49,832 bases of DNA from Acutalibacteraceae bacterium (lineage in GTDB: Bacteria > Bacillota > Clostridia > Oscillospirales > Acutalibacteraceae), in NCBI GenBank assembly GCA_045657085.1, contig JAZOSL010000094.1:1-49832 (forward strand), written 5' to 3'. Position numbers and translations under genes: made by a program. Below are positions 47,240-49,832 of the stretch, one piece after another. Numbering within the stretch: the first letter of the stretch is position 1; every line of letters starts with the position of its first letter. The notes under the pieces were generated by a model that was not told the DNA's origin, did no database searches, and saw only the letters and a program-made list of their open reading frames with translations.

Positions 47240-48406
47240 ATGCCTGAAAACAACAAGAAAAACGCAACAAGAATATGCCCGGTTTCAAGAAAATGTGGTG
47301 GCTGTCAGCTTATGAATATGACATATGATGAGCAACTTAGTTATAAACAATCCAAGGTAATAAAGTTGCTTGGCAGTTTTCACAGGGTCAATAAAATAAT
47401 CGGAATGAATAATCCGTTTCATTACAGAAATAAAGTTCAGGCAGCTTTCGGCAGAACACGAAACGGAGATATAATTTCAGGTGTTTACCAGTCAAGTACT
47501 CATAACATTGTAAAAACAGAAAAATGTTTAATTGAAGATGATAAAGCAGACGAAATTATTGTAACAATAAGAAAGCTTGTAAAAAGCTTTAAGCTTACTG
47601 TTTTTGACGAAAGAAATCAAAAAGGCTTTCTTCGTCACGTGCTTGTAAAACACGGTTTCAGTACAGGTGAAATAATGGTTGTACTTGTAACCGGTACAAA
47701 TGCCTTTCCGTCTAAAAACAATTTTATAACTGAGCTCCTGAAAGCTCATCCTGAAATTACAACAATTATTCAAAATGTTAATAACAAATATACCAGTATG
47801 GTTTTAGGCGATAGAGAAACAGTGCTTTACGGTAAAGGTTATATTGAAGATGAGCTTTGTGGTTGCACGTTTAAAATATCACCGAAATCTTTTTATCAGA
47901 TTAACCCTATACAAACAGAAATTCTTTATAACAAGGCTATTGAGTTTGCTGACTTAAGTGGTAAAGAAAGAGTTATAGATGCTTATTGCGGAATAGGTAC
48001 AATAGGTATTGTTGCATCTAAAAAAGCAGGAGAGGTTATAGGTTGCGAGGTTAACCCCGATGCAGTAAGAGATGCAAAGGTAAACGCAAAAATTAACGGA
48101 ATAGAAAATATAACGTTTATTTGTGCCGATGCAGGTGAGTTTATGTTAAGCCTTAAAAAACAAGGCGAAAAATGCGACGTGCTTTTTATGGACCCACCAA
48201 GAGCAGGAAGCGACAAGAAGTTTCTTTCAAGTGCCGTTGCTTTAATGCCCGAAAAAATAGTTTATATTTCCTGTAACCCCGAAACTCAACAACGAGACCT
48301 TACTTACTTAACAAGGAATGGTTATAAAGTGAAAAAAATACAACCGGTTGATATGTTTCCGTATACCGGTCACGTTGAATGTATTGCGATGCTCAGCAGA
48401 GCATAA
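47240..48406 (+). CDS. 23S rRNA (uracil-C5)-methyltransferase, RumA/RlmD family without TRAM domain
   Basis: N-terminal Fe-S cysteines CPVSRKCGGCQL, SAM motif DAYCGIGTIG, DPPRAG, and catalytic SCNP. Confidence 0.8.
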   Translation: MPENNKKNATRICPVSRKCGGCQLMNMTYDEQLSYKQSKVIKLLGSFHRVNKIIGMNNPFHYRNKVQAAFGRTRNGDIISGVYQSSTHNIVKTEKCLIEDDKADEIIVTIRKLVKSFKLTVFDERNQKGFLRHVLVKHGFSTGEIMVVLVTGTNAFPSKNNFITELLKAHPEITTIIQNVNNKYTSMVLGDRETVLYGKGYIEDELCGCTFKISPKSFYQINPIQTEILYNKAIEFADLSGKERVIDAYCGIGTIGIVASKKAGEVIGCEVNPDAVRDAKVNAKINGIENITFICADAGEFMLSLKKQGEKCDVLFMDPPRAGSDKKFLSSAVALMPEKIVYISCNPETQQRDLTYLTRNGYKVKKIQPVDMFPYTGHVECIAMLSRA

Positions 48407-48450
48407 CAGGAAAGTATGTTTTAATTCATAAAACTGAAAGGAGAATGAAT

Positions 48451-49614
48451 ATGGAAGGTTTGCTTTATTGCACAATGAATCTTTTCTGTGTATTATTATT
48501 GGTAATGATATACAATAGTATAAAAAAGAGCTCAGACCAACGTGCATCACAGCATATGTTGTCTTGGTTTATAATTGCATCTATAATTCTCTGTCTCAGT
48601 GATTTTATATGGGGAATAATTGATTTTTCAACATATTGGGATTTTTCTCACGAGATATCCTTTGGAGTTAATGCTATTTACTATATATTTACTTGTGTTG
48701 CTTCATATATGTGGTTCTTGTTTTCTGAAAATGAACAAGATTCTAAGATAGTTAAAACAAAAGCAGGACTTATTTTATCAATTCTTCCGTTACTCATATA
48801 TATTTTCCTTGTAGCGGGGTCATATAAAAAGGGTTGGCTGTTTTATGTGGATGGTGACGGAAAGTATCAACGTGGTGAATTTTATGCCATTAAAATCATA
48901 ATCGCTTGTTTGTATATCTACTTTACTTCATTTAAAGCTACTGTAAAATGTTTTATGAAGAAGCATTATTTAAATAAGGATAAATATCTTGCTTTGGCTT
49001 CTTTCGTAGCTTTCCCGTCAGTTGCTGTTGTTTTACAGGTTTTGTTTGTAGGTTCTCCTATGATAAGTGCAGGTGTGGCTTTCGCTGCTGTGCAGGTTTA
49101 TATTTTCTCAAGGGAACAGTTGATTTCTATAGACCCGTTAACAAAGCTTAATAACAGAAATGTTTTAATACAGTATCTTGATATTAAAATGAAATCAAAA
49201 GCTGAAAATAAAGATTTGTATTTGTTTATAATGGACCTTGATTATTTCAAGAAAATCAACGACAATTACGGACATGTTGAGGGTGATCAGGCTATTGTTA
49301 TAGTTGCAGATGTTTTAAGGTCTGTTGTAAGAAAAACAAATTATTTTGTTTGCAGATACGGTGGAGATGAGTTTATTGTTGTTTGTGAAACTGATAAGGA
49401 TTTTAATGCCGAAGAATTTGGTGACGAAATCAATCGCTTACTTGTTGAGGAAGCTTTAAGAAAAGATAAGGAGTATAATTTACATTTAAGTATTGGTTAT
49501 GCTAAATATAACGACATAATTGAAACTATTCCTGAATTTATAGATATAGCCGATGAGAATTTATATAAAATAAAAAATCAGCGTTCAAAACAAAAGGAAC
49601 GGGTAACTGACTGA
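48451..49614 (+). CDS. membrane-bound diguanylate cyclase (GGDEF domain)
   Basis: ATG at 48451 lies 7 nt after GGAG. About 6 N-terminal TM helices precede a GGDEF domain with an intact RYGGDEF. No RxxD I-site is visible 5 residues upstream. Confidence 0.85.
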   Translation: MEGLLYCTMNLFCVLLLVMIYNSIKKSSDQRASQHMLSWFIIASIILCLSDFIWGIIDFSTYWDFSHEISFGVNAIYYIFTCVASYMWFLFSENEQDSKIVKTKAGLILSILPLLIYIFLVAGSYKKGWLFYVDGDGKYQRGEFYAIKIIIACLYIYFTSFKATVKCFMKKHYLNKDKYLALASFVAFPSVAVVLQVLFVGSPMISAGVAFAAVQVYIFSREQLISIDPLTKLNNRNVLIQYLDIKMKSKAENKDLYLFIMDLDYFKKINDNYGHVEGDQAIVIVADVLRSVVRKTNYFVCRYGGDEFIVVCETDKDFNAEEFGDEINRLLVEEALRKDKEYNLHLSIGYAKYNDIIETIPEFIDIADENLYKIKNQRSKQKERVTD

Positions 49615-49654
49615 TAAATTTCCATGGGTTTTCAATAAATATTTAAAAAATATA

Positions 49655-49683
49655 TTGACTGTAAAAACAGATGGTAATAAAAT
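49655..49683 (+). promoter_or_regulatory. sigmaA-type promoter for ddh, bracketed by a 9-bp inverted repeat
   Basis: TTGACT-17 nt-TAAAAT. gtaaaaaca (49661..49669) and tgtttttac (49692..49700) flank the -10. Confidence 0.5.
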
Positions 49684-49715
49684 TTACATATTGTTTTTAC
49701 AACGGAGTGATACAA

Positions 49716-49832
49716 ATGATAAAAATAGGCCTTTACGGATACGGTAACATTGCAAAAGGTGTTGAGTGTGCCGTAAAACAAAATGATGATATGATTGTTA
49801 CCTGTGTTTTTTCAAGACGTGATCCGTCTATG
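49716..49832 (+). CDS. ddh: meso-diaminopimelate D-dehydrogenase, N-terminal fragment (continues beyond window)
   Basis: MIKIGLYGYGNIAKGVECAVKQNDDMIVTCVFSRRDPS resembles the Ddh N-terminus (IRVAIVGYGNLGR...DMELVGIFSRR). RBS GGAG lies upstream. Confidence 0.7.
   Translation, partial: MIKIGLYGYGNIAKGVECAVKQNDDMIVTCVFSRRDPSM

Noticed and set aside
1-49832. Looked for mobile elements, prophage, defence systems, tRNA/rRNA and toxin-antitoxin pairs
   Set aside because: I found no integrase, transposase, recombinase, restriction-modification, Cas, phage structural or small paired toxin-like ORFs. I also saw no terminal inverted repeats or abrupt compositional change by eye.

Overview
AT-rich chromosomal segment from a Clostridia-type Firmicute. 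A dockerin-bearing enzyme, SpoIID and yaaQ-holB-yaaT synteny suggest an Oscillospiraceae/Ruminococcus-like organism, but this is an inference only. I support about 50 CDS. Most are core or housekeeping genes. On the - strand: a CPA2 antiporter with a P-II-like partner, a DUF4037/TPR pair, a five-gene galactofuranose glycopolymer operon (glf, wzx, DUF4422, LCP, priming transferase), SpoIID, and an MBL/SulP-like pair. On the + strand: an amino-acid ABC importer, GH78 rhamnosidase with an esterase, a secreted metallophosphoesterase, citrate synthase, an AEC transporter, darA-holB-ricT, a 56-aa ferredoxin absent from the ORF track, a tightly packed block (degenerate ATCase-like protein, iron-sulfur flavoprotein, PPC-repeat surface protein, ZnuABC), mreBCD-PBP2 with a MinD-like gene, TPP riboswitch-thiT, birA, a dockerin lipase/esterase, GtrA, a RumA-type methyltransferase, a GGDEF protein and the start of ddh. 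I saw no rRNA, tRNA, CRISPR array, transposase, integrase, phage gene or recognisable defence gene, so this looks like an ordinary core region rather than an accessory island. The most unusual item is a PyrB-like protein fused to a PyrI-type zinc domain. Essentially every ATCase substrate-binding residue in it is substituted, and it heads a gap-free co-directional block ending in a zinc ABC importer. Other items worth a second look: a P-II-fold protein coupled to the antiporter, two translationally coupled pairs of uncharacterised membrane proteins, a 45-bp in-frame tandem repeat, an orphan MinD-like ATPase, and nested palindromes in the longest non-coding gap. All functional calls rest on motif recognition by eye, and no database search was run.
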